NCBI GenBank assembly: GCA_051294375.1
Contig: CM119264.1
Location: 25,762,159 to 25,826,158, forward strand
Reading direction: 5' to 3'
Length of the DNA stretch: 64,000 nucleotides
From: Paraspadella gotoi
Lineage: Eukaryota; Animalia; Chaetognatha
In this document: positions 63,519-64,000 of the stretch, in pieces
Layout: the number at the start of each line of letters is the position of its first letter
How positions within the stretch are numbered: the first letter of the stretch is position 1
The notes under the pieces: generated by a model
The model's database searches: none
Seen by the model: the letters and a program-made list of their open reading frames with translations, nothing else
Told to the model about the DNA's origin: nothing
Program-made: the position numbers and the translations under genes

Positions 63519-64000
63519 GTATAAGATTCCTCGAGCTTTTTTGTTTATAGTTTTGATGATGAAAATATTTATTTTTTTTTTAAACCAGACTGAACGACCG
63601 ACAAAGGAATGCCGAGTATCAAACGATTTGTCAAACGACAATTTTGAGTCAGCCGATTTTTAAACTCATCGTCTTTCTTAACCGGACGACGAAGTCCTCG
63701 AGAAACGTGAAGATAAAGACGAGGAAAAAGCTTATCGCGTGGGAATCGGCTTCGTGGCTTCTTAGTGGCTTCTTAGAGGCTGCTTGGCCTCTTTTCCTGA
63801 CGACTTTTTCTTTTCGCTGCTCGACTGTTGTCGACTTTCCCTATTTATTTACAGACATCTTTTCTTTAATTGTAGTATCTCGTGATGTTTTACTTTCAAA
63901 AAGCAAAAAGTAGTTGCATCAAAACTCTAAAGAAAGAAGATACATACATAGTTAACTCAAATATACGTTTGCATGAACCCATAAATTATCATTGTGTTCA

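Overview
Eukaryotic (animal-like) draft-assembly window: AT-rich, intron-rich, dense in (AG)n, (GAT)n and (GTC)n microsatellites, with many N-gaps. About half of it looks like assembly artefact. Four gaps are exactly 25 N (PBJelly-style gap filling). 5810-9925 is an indel-ridden copy of 337-4358. A ~15.7-kb noisy tract occurs twice almost base-for-base (24927-40651 and 41320-56987), and part of it occurs a third time in deletion-rich form (57013-61405). Through the noise I can recover: (1) a minus-strand multi-exon immunoglobulin-superfamily gene, with Ig-motif exons at 59694-59851, 58690-58807 and 22565-22754 and a possible cytoplasmic-tail terminal exon at 13445-13707; (2) a frameshifted alpha-1,3-fucosyltransferase (GT10) pseudogene on the opposite strand at 16321-16610; (3) a Ty3/Gypsy pol region in RT-RNaseH-IN order at ~35800-39100, duplicated at ~52136-55436; (4) two hAT-like MITEs present in one copy and absent from another; (5) a tRNA-derived SINE head; (6) candidate exons of a second, unidentified minus-strand gene at 32-10873. 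I found no evidence of a genuinely new biological system. Most ORF-track entries are noise or microsatellite translations. All motif matches were made by eye, with no database search.
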